From the NCBI GenBank assembly GCA_965263035.1, contig OZ253580.1, forward strand, positions 672,001-736,000: DNA of 64,000 nucleotides. Reading direction: 5' to 3'. Each line of letters opens with the position of its first letter. Within the stretch, counting starts at the first letter, position 1. Positions 19,465-29,457 of this stretch are shown here, piece by piece. Under the pieces are notes generated by a model, which worked only from the letters and a program-made list of their open reading frames with translations, was not told where the DNA came from and searched no databases. The stretch is from Acidobacteriota bacterium (GTDB taxonomy: Bacteria; Acidobacteriota; UBA6911; RPQK01; JAJDTT01). Position numbers and translations under genes: made by a program.

Positions 19465-20214
19465 GTGACCGATCCGTGGCTGTATCCCTTGCTGGTCCTG
19501 GCCGGTGTCGTCGCCGGCGCCTTGAACGTCATCGCCGGAGGAGGCTCCTTCCTGACGCTGCCGATTCTCATCTTCATGGGCCTTCCGGCCAGCGTTGCCA
19601 ACGGCACCAACCGGGTGGGGATCTTCTTCCAGAACGTGGGCGCCGTCTGGGGATTCCACCGCAACCGTCTGATGGACTGGAAGTCCATCCTCTGGGCGGC
19701 TCTTCCCGCCAGCCTGGGAGCCATCGCGGGCACCGTCCTCGCTCTTTCCATCGGAGATGCCACCTTTCGCCAGGTCCTGGCCTTCCTCATGATCGCCGTG
19801 ACCCTGTGGACCCTCTGGGACCCTCTTGCCAAGAAGGATCCATCGAGCCGTGCGGGGAGCGTTCGGCTGCCGTTTCTGGCATTCGGTTTCTTCCTGACCG
19901 GCGTCTACGGAGGGTTCGTCCAAGCCGGCGTCGGGTTCCTGGTGCTGGCCGCCACCACCCTGGCCGGTCTGGACCTGGTGCGTGGGAATGCGGTCAAGGT
20001 GTTGAGCATCCTGGCCTTCACCATCGTCTCTCTCGCCATTTTCGTCTCTCAGGGAAAGGTCCTGTGGCTCCCCGGCCTGGTCCTGGCCCTGGGCACCTTT
20101 CTGGGAGGACAGTTGGGCGTCCGGTTCACCGTCCTGAAGGGCCACGCCTGGGTCAAGCGGGTGGTGACGGTCACCATCATCGTCTTCGCGGTCAAGCTGT
20201 GGGTCGCCGGCTAG
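19465..20214 (+). CDS. TauE/SafE family membrane transporter
   Basis: NVIAGGGS, ANGTNR, YGGFVQAGVG, GNAVK; multiple TM segments. Confidence 0.9.
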   Translation: MTDPWLYPLLVLAGVVAGALNVIAGGGSFLTLPILIFMGLPASVANGTNRVGIFFQNVGAVWGFHRNRLMDWKSILWAALPASLGAIAGTVLALSIGDATFRQVLAFLMIAVTLWTLWDPLAKKDPSSRAGSVRLPFLAFGFFLTGVYGGFVQAGVGFLVLAATTLAGLDLVRGNAVKVLSILAFTIVSLAIFVSQGKVLWLPGLVLALGTFLGGQLGVRFTVLKGHAWVKRVVTVTIIVFAVKLWVAG

Positions 20215-20251
20215 CGTTCCCCGCGCAAACGATTTCCACGGAGGGCTTCGC

Positions 20252-21742
20252 TTGAAGAGGGTCGGTCTCGCCTCCCTGATGCACGAATCCAACACCTTCT
20301 ATCCGGTCCCCACCACCCGGGAGATGTTCCAGGACACCTGCCTGGTGTCGGGTCCGGAGGTCTTCTCCCACTGGGGTGAGGCCCATCACGAGCTCGGAGG
20401 CATGCTGGAGTCGTTGCCGGCTCTGGGACTGGAGACGGTCCCACTCGTCACCGCCACGGCCATGCCCTCGGGTCCCGTCGAGGAAGAAGCCTACGAGGGG
20501 ATTCTGGAGGAAATCCTGGACCGGATCTCGGGCCAGTCCCTGGACGGCCTGCTCCTGGCCCTGCACGGCGCCATGGTGGCGCAGCACGTCCGGGACGCCG
20601 ACGGCCGGACCGCTGCCAGGATCCGCCAGTTGGTGGGGCCGGATCTACCCATCGTCATGACGCTGGACCTTCACGCCAACGTCTCCCCGCTCATGATCGA
20701 GAGCGTCACCGCCGCCACCATCTATCGGACCTACCCCCATCTGGATCAGCGGGAACGGGGCCGGGAAGCGGCTCGGATCCTGGCGGAGACGATTGCAGGC
20801 AGGATTCGCCCGGTGCAGTCCCTGGTCAAACCTCCCCTCTGCATCAGCATTCTGGCCCAGGGGACCCACCAGGATCCCATGGCCGGCCTCTACCGGCGGA
20901 TGGAGGACCTGATCGAGCAGGACGGCGTCATATCGGCCAGCATCGCGCCCGGGTTCGCCTACGCCGACGTGGAGGAGATGGGCCCGGCGTTCCTGGTGGT
21001 GACCGACGGCGATCGGGATCTGGCCCGGAAGGAGGCATTGGGCCTGGCGCGCCGGGCCTGGGAACTTCGGGACCAACTGACCCTCCTGGGGACTCCCATC
21101 AGGGAGGCCGTCGCAGCAGCCATGGACACCGATGCAGGCCCCGTCACGCTGCTGGACGTGGGCGACAACGTGGGCGGCGGCAGCCCCGCCGACGGCACCC
21201 TCATCCTGCAGGAAGTGATTCGGACCGGGTCCGGTCCTGCCCTGGTGGTCCTGTTCGACCCGGCCGCCGTCCAGGCTTGCGTCGCCTCCGGAGTGGGAAC
21301 CGAAGTCTCGCTGCTAGTGGGCGGGAAGAGCGATGACCTGCACGGCCCGCCCATCCCCATTCGGGGCCGGGTCCGTTGCCTGCACGACGGCGCCTTCGTG
21401 GAGGATGAGCCCCGTCACGGCGGCGCCCGTTTCAACAACCAGGGGCTCACCGCACTGGTGGAGACGGACGCTGGTCACGCCATCGTTCTGACCTCGCTCA
21501 GGATGGCGCCCATGAGCCTGGAACAGGTCTTGAGCCTGGGCATCAAGCCGAAGTCGTACCGGATTCTGGTGGCCAAGGGGGCCATCGCTCCGGTGGCGGC
21601 CTACGAGCCGGTTTCCAGCCGGATGGTCTACGTGGACACGCCCGGCATCACCTCGGCCAATCCCGCTCACTTCGACTACCGGCATCGTCCCCGCCCCCTC
21701 TATCCATTCGAGCCGGAGACGGTCTGGGAAGCGTCCCAATGA
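20252..21742 (+). CDS. M81 (MlrC-like) metallopeptidase
   Basis: HESNTF, LHGAMV, TLDLHAN, RTYPHLD, DNVGGGSPADGT. Confidence 0.9.
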   Translation: MKRVGLASLMHESNTFYPVPTTREMFQDTCLVSGPEVFSHWGEAHHELGGMLESLPALGLETVPLVTATAMPSGPVEEEAYEGILEEILDRISGQSLDGLLLALHGAMVAQHVRDADGRTAARIRQLVGPDLPIVMTLDLHANVSPLMIESVTAATIYRTYPHLDQRERGREAARILAETIAGRIRPVQSLVKPPLCISILAQGTHQDPMAGLYRRMEDLIEQDGVISASIAPGFAYADVEEMGPAFLVVTDGDRDLARKEALGLARRAWELRDQLTLLGTPIREAVAAAMDTDAGPVTLLDVGDNVGGGSPADGTLILQEVIRTGSGPALVVLFDPAAVQACVASGVGTEVSLLVGGKSDDLHGPPIPIRGRVRCLHDGAFVEDEPRHGGARFNNQGLTALVETDAGHAIVLTSLRMAPMSLEQVLSLGIKPKSYRILVAKGAIAPVAAYEPVSSRMVYVDTPGITSANPAHFDYRHRPRPLYPFEPETVWEASQ

Positions 21743-21759
21743 TCAGCCCGGCGGCTTGA

Positions 21760-21919
21760 CAGTCCGTGGCGAAAGTCCCGCGAGCACCGAGACCGGTCCT
21801 GCGCCCGCCGGACCAGGCGCAACGGAGGGAGCATGCCGGGAGTATGTGAGCCGATAGCAACGCAGTCCGCGCACGATGCAGGGCCGGTCGAATGCCGTGA
21901 CGACTTTTGCCACGGGCTG
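21760..21919. mobile_element. MITE-like repeat family A, copy 1 (160 bp)
   Basis: Imperfect TIRs CAGTCCGTGGCGAAAGTC / GACTTTTGCCACGGGCTG; TTGA direct repeat on both sides; homologous copies at 32383 and 55320. Confidence 0.8.
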
Positions 21920-22008
21920 TTGACTGCGAGGGGAAAACCGTCGTAGTAGACTGGCCCCGGGTCCGATTGGCCAGAACGGCCAACCGAAAACATTCAAGGA
22001 GAAGTGGA

Positions 22009-22938
22009 ATGCTGACAAGAGAGAACATGGATGGTCTTTACATCCTCGTGGTCACCCCCTTCGACGACAGGTTCCGTCTCGACACGGAAGGGTTTCGTTA
22101 CAACATCCGGAAGCTGGTCCGGATGGGAGTGGACGGGATCATCACCACCGGGACCAACGGCGAGTTCTTCGTCGTCAACGACGAGGAACTGCGCACCATC
22201 AGCCGGATCACGGTGGAGGAATGCCAGGGAACCCGGACCAAGGTGGTCGTGGGAGCCAGCGCCGTCAATACCGAGGTGTCGATTCGCCGCTCCCGCATCG
22301 CCATGGAGGAAGGCGCGGAGGGGGTCATGAACGTCGTCCCCTTCTACCAGACCCTGACCAAGGCGGAAGCCTACCAGTACTTCCAGGATCTTGCGGAAGC
22401 CTGCCCCGGCCTGGGCATCATCGTCTACAACAACCCCGGCACCACCAAGCTGCTGCTGAACGACTCGGACTTCGTGGAACTCCAGAAGATCCCCACCGTG
22501 GCCGGCGTGAAGATGATCGGCGCCGACATGAATCTCTATTTCAACTGCCTGAGGCGAACCGAAATCCCCCACTTCCCCCTGGAACAGCTCTGGAGCGTGA
22601 GCCACCTGGTGGGGGGCAACGGAGTCATGGCCAGCTTCGTCTACGCCTTCCCCGCCTTCATGCAACGATGGTGGAAGGCGATCCGCGGCGGGGACGTGGC
22701 CCAAGCCATGGCCTACCAGCACCAGAGCAACGAGATCTTGCAGGAAGCCATCATTCCCCTGGCGGGTGAGGGCTACAACGACACTTCTCTTACCAAGGCC
22801 ACGGTGAACGCCGCCGGCTTCTTCAAGGCGGGGCCGCCCCGTCCTCCATCGGAAGCGGCGCCGGCCGAGAGGATCGAGCGGCTCCGGGCCACATTGGAGG
22901 AAAAGTTCGCCCACTTTCTGGAGGACGAGATCGGCTGA
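22009..22938 (+). CDS. Dihydrodipicolinate synthase (DapA)-family aldolase/lyase
   Basis: VTPF, GTNGEF, IVYNNP, Schiff-base Lys in VAGVK; RBS AAGGAG before ATG 22009. Confidence 0.85.
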   Translation: MLTRENMDGLYILVVTPFDDRFRLDTEGFRYNIRKLVRMGVDGIITTGTNGEFFVVNDEELRTISRITVEECQGTRTKVVVGASAVNTEVSIRRSRIAMEEGAEGVMNVVPFYQTLTKAEAYQYFQDLAEACPGLGIIVYNNPGTTKLLLNDSDFVELQKIPTVAGVKMIGADMNLYFNCLRRTEIPHFPLEQLWSVSHLVGGNGVMASFVYAFPAFMQRWWKAIRGGDVAQAMAYQHQSNEILQEAIIPLAGEGYNDTSLTKATVNAAGFFKAGPPRPPSEAAPAERIERLRATLEEKFAHFLEDEIG

Positions 22939-22978
22939 TTGCGGCCGGCGGGCGTCCGCCAACGGAATTGAGGAGACC

Positions 22979-23872
22979 ATGAATTCACTTCGAGGAACGC
23001 TTCAAGGCGTGGTGACTGCGCTGGGGACACCCCTGGATCGGAACGAGGACCTCCATGAGGCGGGCATGAGGAAGCAGATCCGGATGCAGGTGGCCGCCGG
23101 CGTGGACGGCCTTCTGGTCCTGGGTTCCATGGGCTGCATGCAGATGCTCAAGGATGAGGTCTTCGTGGAGGCCGTGGAGGTGACTATCGACGAGGTGAGG
23201 GGGGCCGTGCCCGTCATCGTGGGATGCGGCGACACCAGCACGGAACGCACCCTGGCGCGTATCCGGCTCGCGGAGAACTATCCCCTGTCCGGGGTGGCTC
23301 TGATCCCCCCTTTCATCTTCCGCTTCAGTCAGACCGAGCTCCACGACTACTTCACCGGCGTGGCTTCCCAGACCAGCCTCCCGGTCTATCCGTACGACAA
23401 CCCGGGACTCACGGGCCATTCGCTGGAATTCGAACTGGTCCAGGAGTTGGCCCGGCACCCCAATATCGTGGGGTTGAAGGCGTCCGGAGACTTTCTCGCC
23501 TTTCGACGTTCCGCAGAACATTTCCGTGGGTCGGAATTCGCGGTCCTCTCCGGACACACCACCTTCTTCGACCTGGCTCTGAATTTGGGAGCCAAGGGAA
23601 TCATCGAGGGGCTCTTCGCACTGGCGCCCGAGTTTGGAGTCGAGATCTACCGAACTTTCCGGGAGGGAGACCGGGAAGGGTCCGCGGCAGCCCAGAGGAA
23701 GCTCCTGCGTTTGAGGGAGGTCGTGGCGTACGACTCGGTATTCGCCGGTTTCACCTCCGCCATGAACCTGAGGGGCGTCCCCGGAAACTTCACTCCCCGT
23801 CCCTTTGCTCAGCCGACGGAGCGGGGCCGCGAGCAGGTGGAGACGGTGTTGCGGGGGCTGGAGCTGGTTTAG
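22979..23872 (+). CDS. Dihydrodipicolinate synthase (DapA)-family aldolase/lyase
   Basis: LGSMG, PYDNP, HPNIVGLKASG. Confidence 0.88.
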   Translation: MNSLRGTLQGVVTALGTPLDRNEDLHEAGMRKQIRMQVAAGVDGLLVLGSMGCMQMLKDEVFVEAVEVTIDEVRGAVPVIVGCGDTSTERTLARIRLAENYPLSGVALIPPFIFRFSQTELHDYFTGVASQTSLPVYPYDNPGLTGHSLEFELVQELARHPNIVGLKASGDFLAFRRSAEHFRGSEFAVLSGHTTFFDLALNLGAKGIIEGLFALAPEFGVEIYRTFREGDREGSAAAQRKLLRLREVVAYDSVFAGFTSAMNLRGVPGNFTPRPFAQPTERGREQVETVLRGLELV

Positions 23873-24031
23873 GAGCCTGCGCCGCAGAAATTGATCTACT
23901 GCGAAAGCGGTAGAATCGGTCCATATTTCCCCGATTTCTCGGCGAATAGAACAACTATGCACCTCCAAATCGAGAAAATCTGGCCTCGATTCCCCACTTT
24001 CTCGCTACGATCATTTCTACCGCGCAGACTC
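23873..24031. mobile_element. MITE-like repeat family B, full copy (159 bp)
   Basis: TIRs GAGCCTGCGCCGCAGAAATTGATC / GATCATTTCTACCGCGCAGACTC; flanked by TTAG and CTAG; second copy at 53787-53890. Confidence 0.75.
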
Positions 24032-24090
24032 CTAGCTCCTATCCGACGTCTTTCGCCGGGGCCATTGAACGCCCGGTTCGCCGCGGAAGT

Positions 24091-24852
24091 TCACCCCCGG
24101 ACGGCCGAGAGGAAGGCCGAGGCCTGGGCCCGGACCATGCCGGTGGCCTCTCCGAACGACAGGAAGTGAAATCCCCGTTCGATCCAGAAACGGCCCTGCT
24201 CCAGGCTTCCCACCACCATGCCGCAAGGTTTCCCGGCGGCTCGAGCCCCTTCGAGAACCCTCAGAATGGCATCGACCACCACCGGATGATCCCACTCACC
24301 GCAGTGCCCCAGATTGAGTGAGAGATCGTAGGGACCCAGCAGGACGGCATCGATCCAGTCGCGGTCGGCCAAGCGGGGGAGCGCCTCGATGCCTTGGGGA
24401 GTCTCCACCTGGAAACAGACGAAAAAGTCGTCCTCCACCTCCTGCCAGCCTTGCAGGTCCAGGCTGCGCGCACCCATCACGGACGGCCCCCCCGGTCCGC
24501 GGCGCCCCCGGGGCGGCACGTAGATGGCGCTCTTGACCGTTTCCAGTTGTTCCTCACTCTGGGTCCACGGAATCATGAATCCGGACGGGCCCATGTCCGC
24601 ATAGCGGCGCAGAAGGTGGTAGACGCTGTCCTCGGGACGCAGGATCAGGGGCAGGTCCAGCAGCCGGGCGGTGCGGCAAAGTTCCTCCGCCTTGGCCAGG
24701 TCGGCGGACCCATGTTCCATGTCCAGGAACACGAAGTCCATGCCCACCTGCTTGTAGATTTCCAGGTATCCGGCCCAGAAATCGAAGGTCATGAGGGTCC
24801 CCACCACCAATTCGCCCCGGGCCAGCTTCTGTTTCAGGGAAGCATTGACCAT
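24091..24852 (-). CDS. HpcH/HpaI-family aldolase
   Basis: DFVFLDMEHG, PPRGRRG, QVET, LGPYDLS. Confidence 0.88.
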   Translation of the reverse strand: MVNASLKQKLARGELVVGTLMTFDFWAGYLEIYKQVGMDFVFLDMEHGSADLAKAEELCRTARLLDLPLILRPEDSVYHLLRRYADMGPSGFMIPWTQSEEQLETVKSAIYVPPRGRRGPGGPSVMGARSLDLQGWQEVEDDFFVCFQVETPQGIEALPRLADRDWIDAVLLGPYDLSLNLGHCGEWDHPVVVDAILRVLEGARAAGKPCGMVVGSLEQGRFWIERGFHFLSFGEATGMVRAQASAFLSAVRG

Positions 24853-24853
24853 G

Positions 24854-25189
24854 TCAGGAATCCTTGTACTCTTCCCGAACCGGATAGAAGACCTCCAAGA
24901 CCTCCGAATCCGCCTGAACCTGGCAGCCATGGAACTTGTAGGGATCGAAGACGTAGGAATCGCCCCCTTCAGCCATGAAAGTGTCCGCTTCTTCCTTGCC
25001 CACAAACTTGAGGGACCCGCTGACCACGTATCCCACCTGGCTGGCCCGGTGATTGTGCAGGGGAATGGTAGCCCCTTGTGACATGGAAAAGTGGCAGAGC
25101 ATGACTTCCTCGTTATAGGCGAGCGTCTTGCGCAGAATCCCTGGAATGCTGTCGTTTCCCTGAACTTCACCCACCGAATTCTTCTTCAT
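24854..25189 (-). CDS. Cupin domain protein
   Basis: PLHNH...QVGYVVSG...FHGC...EVFYPVREEY. Confidence 0.85.
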   Translation of the reverse strand: MKKNSVGEVQGNDSIPGILRKTLAYNEEVMLCHFSMSQGATIPLHNHRASQVGYVVSGSLKFVGKEEADTFMAEGGDSYVFDPYKFHGCQVQADSEVLEVFYPVREEYKDS

Positions 25190-25318
25190 GGATCCTCCCT
25201 TTTTCTCTTTCTGTGAGTGGTTTTTCCGACGACCCCCAAGTCGCACCCAGTCTACTACGGCCAGAGGGAGAGGCGATCCGAACCAGGTTCCAAGACCCCC
25301 GGCCAGCGGCATCGCGTG

Positions 25319-26050
25319 TCAAGAATAACTTTGAATCGTGGGCGTGACGACGATTTCGGGAACGCAGGCGCGTGGCGGAAGCCCGGCCACCAGCAAGGCG
25401 CACGCCGCCACGTCCTCGGATCGGAGAATCCGCTCTCTCCACTCGCGGGGAACCGGCTCCGGGCGGACGTCCAGAATGGGGGTATCCACCTCGCCGGGAA
25501 GGATCACGGTGGAGCGGATCCCGTTGACCCCTTCCTCCCGGTTTGTGGAGTGGGTCAGTCCCACCATCCCATGCTTGGAGGCCACGTAGGCCACTCCCGC
25601 CACTTTGCTGGCCCGCTTCCCGGCGATGGAAGAGACGTTGATGATGACGCCCCCGCCCAGCTCCCGCATGCCGGGCAGGACGGCGCGGATGCAGTTGAAG
25701 GCGCCGGTCAGGTTCACGGCCAGGACATGGTCCCAATCCGAAGGTTCGATATGCGCCAGATCCCTCACCACCGTGTTGATCCCGGCGTTGTTCACCAGCA
25801 GACTCGCCACTCCCAACCGCTCCCGGATCCGCGCGAAAACGCCGTCGACCTGATTTCGGGAGGAGACGTCGCAAGCACAGGTCAAGACCCGGTCTCGAGG
25901 CAACTGAGCCGCCACCTCCCGAAGTGGTTCTTGCCGGCGCCCGAGCAGAGCCACTGCGGCGCCCTCGCGAGAGAACGTCTCGGCCACGGCCCGGCCGATG
26001 CCCGTACCCGCCCCGGTGACCACCGCCACCTGATTTTCCAGAACACTCAT
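25319..26050 (-). CDS. SDR family oxidoreductase
   Basis: TGAGTGIG, NNAG, YVASK catalytic motif. Confidence 0.92.
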   Translation of the reverse strand: MSVLENQVAVVTGAGTGIGRAVAETFSREGAAVALLGRRQEPLREVAAQLPRDRVLTCACDVSSRNQVDGVFARIRERLGVASLLVNNAGINTVVRDLAHIEPSDWDHVLAVNLTGAFNCIRAVLPGMRELGGGVIINVSSIAGKRASKVAGVAYVASKHGMVGLTHSTNREEGVNGIRSTVILPGEVDTPILDVRPEPVPREWRERILRSEDVAACALLVAGLPPRACVPEIVVTPTIQSYS

Positions 26051-26167
26051 GGACCGTCTCCCTTAGCTGATCCCAATACCATCACCACTTCGCGAAAATA
26101 CATTTTTCTCATGGTTTCTTCTTGCAGTCCTGCCATCCGCACCCTAACCTCGGGGTGGAGGATAACC

Positions 26168-27709
26168 TTGAAAAAGCTCTCAACCAAGTTCTTGCTTCGA
26201 GTCTCTTTCCTGCTGGCGGGCGTGGCTTGCTGGTTTTTCCTGCAGCATCCGGCCACGACCCTCTCCTCGCACGATCAGGGGCCCGACCCGGACGAGCGCT
26301 TCGTCCTGGAGACGGGCCAGCCCGTGGGTGAGCTCTCGTTCGAGGTTCTGGAGGACAAGACCGGAATCCATCTGCCCTCCCGGCTCTACTTCGCCCACGC
26401 CGACGGCCGGCCGGAATCGCCTGTGGTCGGACGCTTCAAGAACTTCCTGGTGACGGCTTCCGGCCGGGAATTGAAGACCATTCCGGTGGGCCGGTACGAT
26501 GTTTACGTGAGCCGCGGAATCGAATACACCCTGGACCATCAGGAGGTGGAGATCCTGGAAGGGACACGGAGCCACTTCACCTCCACGCTGTCGCGGGCCA
26601 TCGACACCAGCGGCTTCATCTCGTCCGACTTCCACCTGCATCTCCAGTTCGCCATGCGGGACGGCGCCATCGTGTCGGCCGCGGCCGGACTGGACCTGCT
26701 CACCGCGACCGATCACAACATCCTCAAGGATTACTCTCCCTACATCGAGCAACTGAACCTGGGCCGCTTCATGTCCTCGGTGGTGGGGTCTGAGATTGAC
26801 ACGGTATTCGGCCACTTCAACAGCTTTCCCATGTCGCTGAACCGGTGGCAGGAACGTTCATATCGCCACTCCATTCGCACTCCGGGAGAATTCCTCCGGC
26901 TGATGCGGCGGAACCCGGGCGACGAGATCGTCCAGATCAATCATCCCCGGTACGATGCGTCCAAGGGAGGCTACTTCAACACGCGGCTCAACCGGGACAC
27001 CGGGGAGATCGAGTATCCCTTCTTCGAAACCGGTTTCGACCAGATCGAGGTTTACAACGCCCTGACCGTGGTTGAGGACGGGGAAAATCCTCAATTCGGC
27101 CGGAACCACAAGCTGGACCAGAATCTGAAGGATTGGTACAGCCTGCTCAACCGGGGGATCGCCATCACCGGCGTGGGCAACACCGATGCCCACCGGTACC
27201 CCAGCGAGTTGCCCGGATACCCTCGCAACTACGTCCTGTCGGACACGGACAATCCCTGGGAGATCGATCCTTACAAGGTGGTCGACGCGTTGAAGCGGGG
27301 CGCGTCATCCGCTTCGCTGGGTCCCTTCATCCGCTTCACCATCGACGACGGCGTCCAGATGGGCTCCACCCACACCGCCAGAGACGGGTCGGTGATGCTG
27401 CACGTCAACGTCCAGAGGGCTCCCTGGATTCCGCTGGACCGGGTGGAGATCGTGGCCAACGGCAAGGTGCTCAAGACGCTCTCGACCCTCGAGGCGACGG
27501 AGGACACCCGACACCATTGGGACATCGAGGTCAAAGCCGACCAGGACACCTGGATTCTGGTGCTGGCCACCTCCGACCGCCCCTGGGAGACGCCCTTCTC
27601 CCATTTCACCTCGTTCGCCTTCACCAATCCCATCTGGGTGGATTTCGACGGGAACGGCTATTTCGACCCTCCCAATCCCGGCTATCCCGCGAACGAGACC
27701 TCTGAGTAG
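26168..27709 (+). CDS. CehA/McbA-family (PHP-like) metallohydrolase
   Basis: TTG start after GGAGG; SRGIEY, DFHLH, TDHN, GHFN, NHP, GNTDAH, AFTNPIWVD. Confidence 0.78.
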   Translation: MKKLSTKFLLRVSFLLAGVACWFFLQHPATTLSSHDQGPDPDERFVLETGQPVGELSFEVLEDKTGIHLPSRLYFAHADGRPESPVVGRFKNFLVTASGRELKTIPVGRYDVYVSRGIEYTLDHQEVEILEGTRSHFTSTLSRAIDTSGFISSDFHLHLQFAMRDGAIVSAAAGLDLLTATDHNILKDYSPYIEQLNLGRFMSSVVGSEIDTVFGHFNSFPMSLNRWQERSYRHSIRTPGEFLRLMRRNPGDEIVQINHPRYDASKGGYFNTRLNRDTGEIEYPFFETGFDQIEVYNALTVVEDGENPQFGRNHKLDQNLKDWYSLLNRGIAITGVGNTDAHRYPSELPGYPRNYVLSDTDNPWEIDPYKVVDALKRGASSASLGPFIRFTIDDGVQMGSTHTARDGSVMLHVNVQRAPWIPLDRVEIVANGKVLKTLSTLEATEDTRHHWDIEVKADQDTWILVLATSDRPWETPFSHFTSFAFTNPIWVDFDGNGYFDPPNPGYPANETSE

Positions 27710-27792
27710 GGCTATCGAACCGGGTCCGTCCGGATCGGTATTTTGGAGCCATTGACGCGGTTTGGTGTTGGGCGGTCCGGGAGCAGCTTCGC

Positions 27793-29247
27793 CTACTCTG
27801 AATTGTCGGTTGCGATGCGGTTGGACAGGTCGTCCGCGATCTTCTGCGCTTCGGATACTTGATCGGGGGACATCTTCGGGCTGAGCCAAGCCTTGGTCCT
27901 GTTCGCGGCTTCGTTTCCTTGCGACGCAGCCAGAATAATCCAGGCGAAGGCTCTCACGTTGTCCTCCGGCACCCCCCAACCGTTGGCGTACATGACTCCA
28001 AGATTATTTTGGGCGCGGGCCTCTCCCTGCCCGGCGGCTTTCCGGTACCACGTCACGGCTTCGCGATCATCCTCCGGCACCCCCCAACCATTGGCGTACC
28101 TGAAGCCGAGGTTGTATTGAGCGTTGGCGTCTCCCCGCTCGGCGGCCCTTCGATACCATTTCAACGCCTCGCCGGCGTCCGCTCGCACTCCTCGACCATC
28201 GGCGTACATATCACCCAAACTGAATTGAGCGCCGGCTTCCCCCTGTTCCGCGGCCTTCAGATACCACTTCGCGGCTTCGCCAACGTCCGCCGGCACGCCC
28301 CGACCCGCGGCGTACATGTCACCCAGGTTGAACTGGGCTCCGGGGTCTCCCTGCTCGGCGGCCTTCAGATACCACTTCATGGCTTCCTCGTCGTCCTTCG
28401 ATACCCCGCGACCGCTGGCGTACATGACGCCGAGGTTGTTCTGAGCGCGGGACTCTCCCTGCTCGGCGGAGTTCCGATACCACTTCAAAGCCTCGGCGGC
28501 ATCCTCCGCAACCCCCTGACCATCCGAGTACATGTCGCCCAGAAACAACTGTGCGCGGGCGTGTCCCTGCCCGGCGGCGAGCAAGTACCACTTCGCGGCC
28601 TCGGCGGCGTCCTCCGGCACCCCCCAACCGTTGGCGTACCGGAATCCAAGGTTGTATTGAGCCCGGGCGTCTCCCTGCTCCGCCGCCTTCAGATACCACT
28701 TCACAGCCTCGGCGGCGTCCTTCGTTACGCCCCGGCCGATGACGTACATCAGGCCCAGGTTGTATTGAGCGCGGGCATGCCCCTGCTCGGCGGCCTTCCG
28801 ATACCATTTCGCGGCCTCGGCGGCGTCCCTCGGCACGCCCTGACCGTTGGCGTACCGGACTCCAATGTTGTACTGGGCGCGGGCGTCTCCCTGTTCGGCA
28901 GCCCTCAGGTACCACTTCGCGGCCTCGGCGGGATCCCTTGGCACCCCCCGGCCGGTGACGTACATGACGCCAAGATTGTATTGAGCGAGAGCGTCACCCT
29001 GCTCCGCGGCCTTCCGATACCACTTCGCAGCCTCCTCAGGGTCTCTCGGCACGCCCCGGCCGGTGGCGTACCTGAAGCCCAGGTTGAACTGAGCGCTGAC
29101 GTCTCCCTCTTCAGCAGCCTTGCGCACCTCTTCGACGTCCTGGGCCCGGGGGGATCCGAGTTGAAACACAGCCAGAACGGCAAGAGAAACGAGCCAGAGC
29201 GTAACTTGGCGCGGGCGGATACGATGCTGCGTCATCGTGGGCTCCAA
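27793..29247 (-). CDS. Secreted Sel1-like repeat protein (11 SLR repeats)
   Basis: Signal peptide then 11 x 36-aa AQxNLGxxYxxGxGVxxDxxEAxKWYxKAAEQG repeats. Confidence 0.93.
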   Translation of the reverse strand: MEPTMTQHRIRPRQVTLWLVSLAVLAVFQLGSPRAQDVEEVRKAAEEGDVSAQFNLGFRYATGRGVPRDPEEAAKWYRKAAEQGDALAQYNLGVMYVTGRGVPRDPAEAAKWYLRAAEQGDARAQYNIGVRYANGQGVPRDAAEAAKWYRKAAEQGHARAQYNLGLMYVIGRGVTKDAAEAVKWYLKAAEQGDARAQYNLGFRYANGWGVPEDAAEAAKWYLLAAGQGHARAQLFLGDMYSDGQGVAEDAAEALKWYRNSAEQGESRAQNNLGVMYASGRGVSKDDEEAMKWYLKAAEQGDPGAQFNLGDMYAAGRGVPADVGEAAKWYLKAAEQGEAGAQFSLGDMYADGRGVRADAGEALKWYRRAAERGDANAQYNLGFRYANGWGVPEDDREAVTWYRKAAGQGEARAQNNLGVMYANGWGVPEDNVRAFAWIILAASQGNEAANRTKAWLSPKMSPDQVSEAQKIADDLSNRIATDNSE

Positions 29248-29457
29248 ATATACCGGAATTCAGCCCGTTTTTCCGAGGGGCGCCGCCCCCTGGTCAATCC
29301 AGAATAGCCGCGACGCAATGGGGGAACATCAAGGAGCCTGGAAGTCAAAATGAACGCGACTGACGCAACCCCTCGTATCGGTCCATCGTCACCCTGAGTC
29401 CCCCCCGTCTCACACCTTTCGGGGTCCTGCCGGTCACGGCGCAGATTCATGGGAAGG

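Noticed and set aside
27950-29120. Regular tandem repeats as a possible CRISPR array
   Set aside because: The 108-bp period is degenerate at codon level and encodes Sel1 repeats; there is no repeat-spacer structure and no cas genes.
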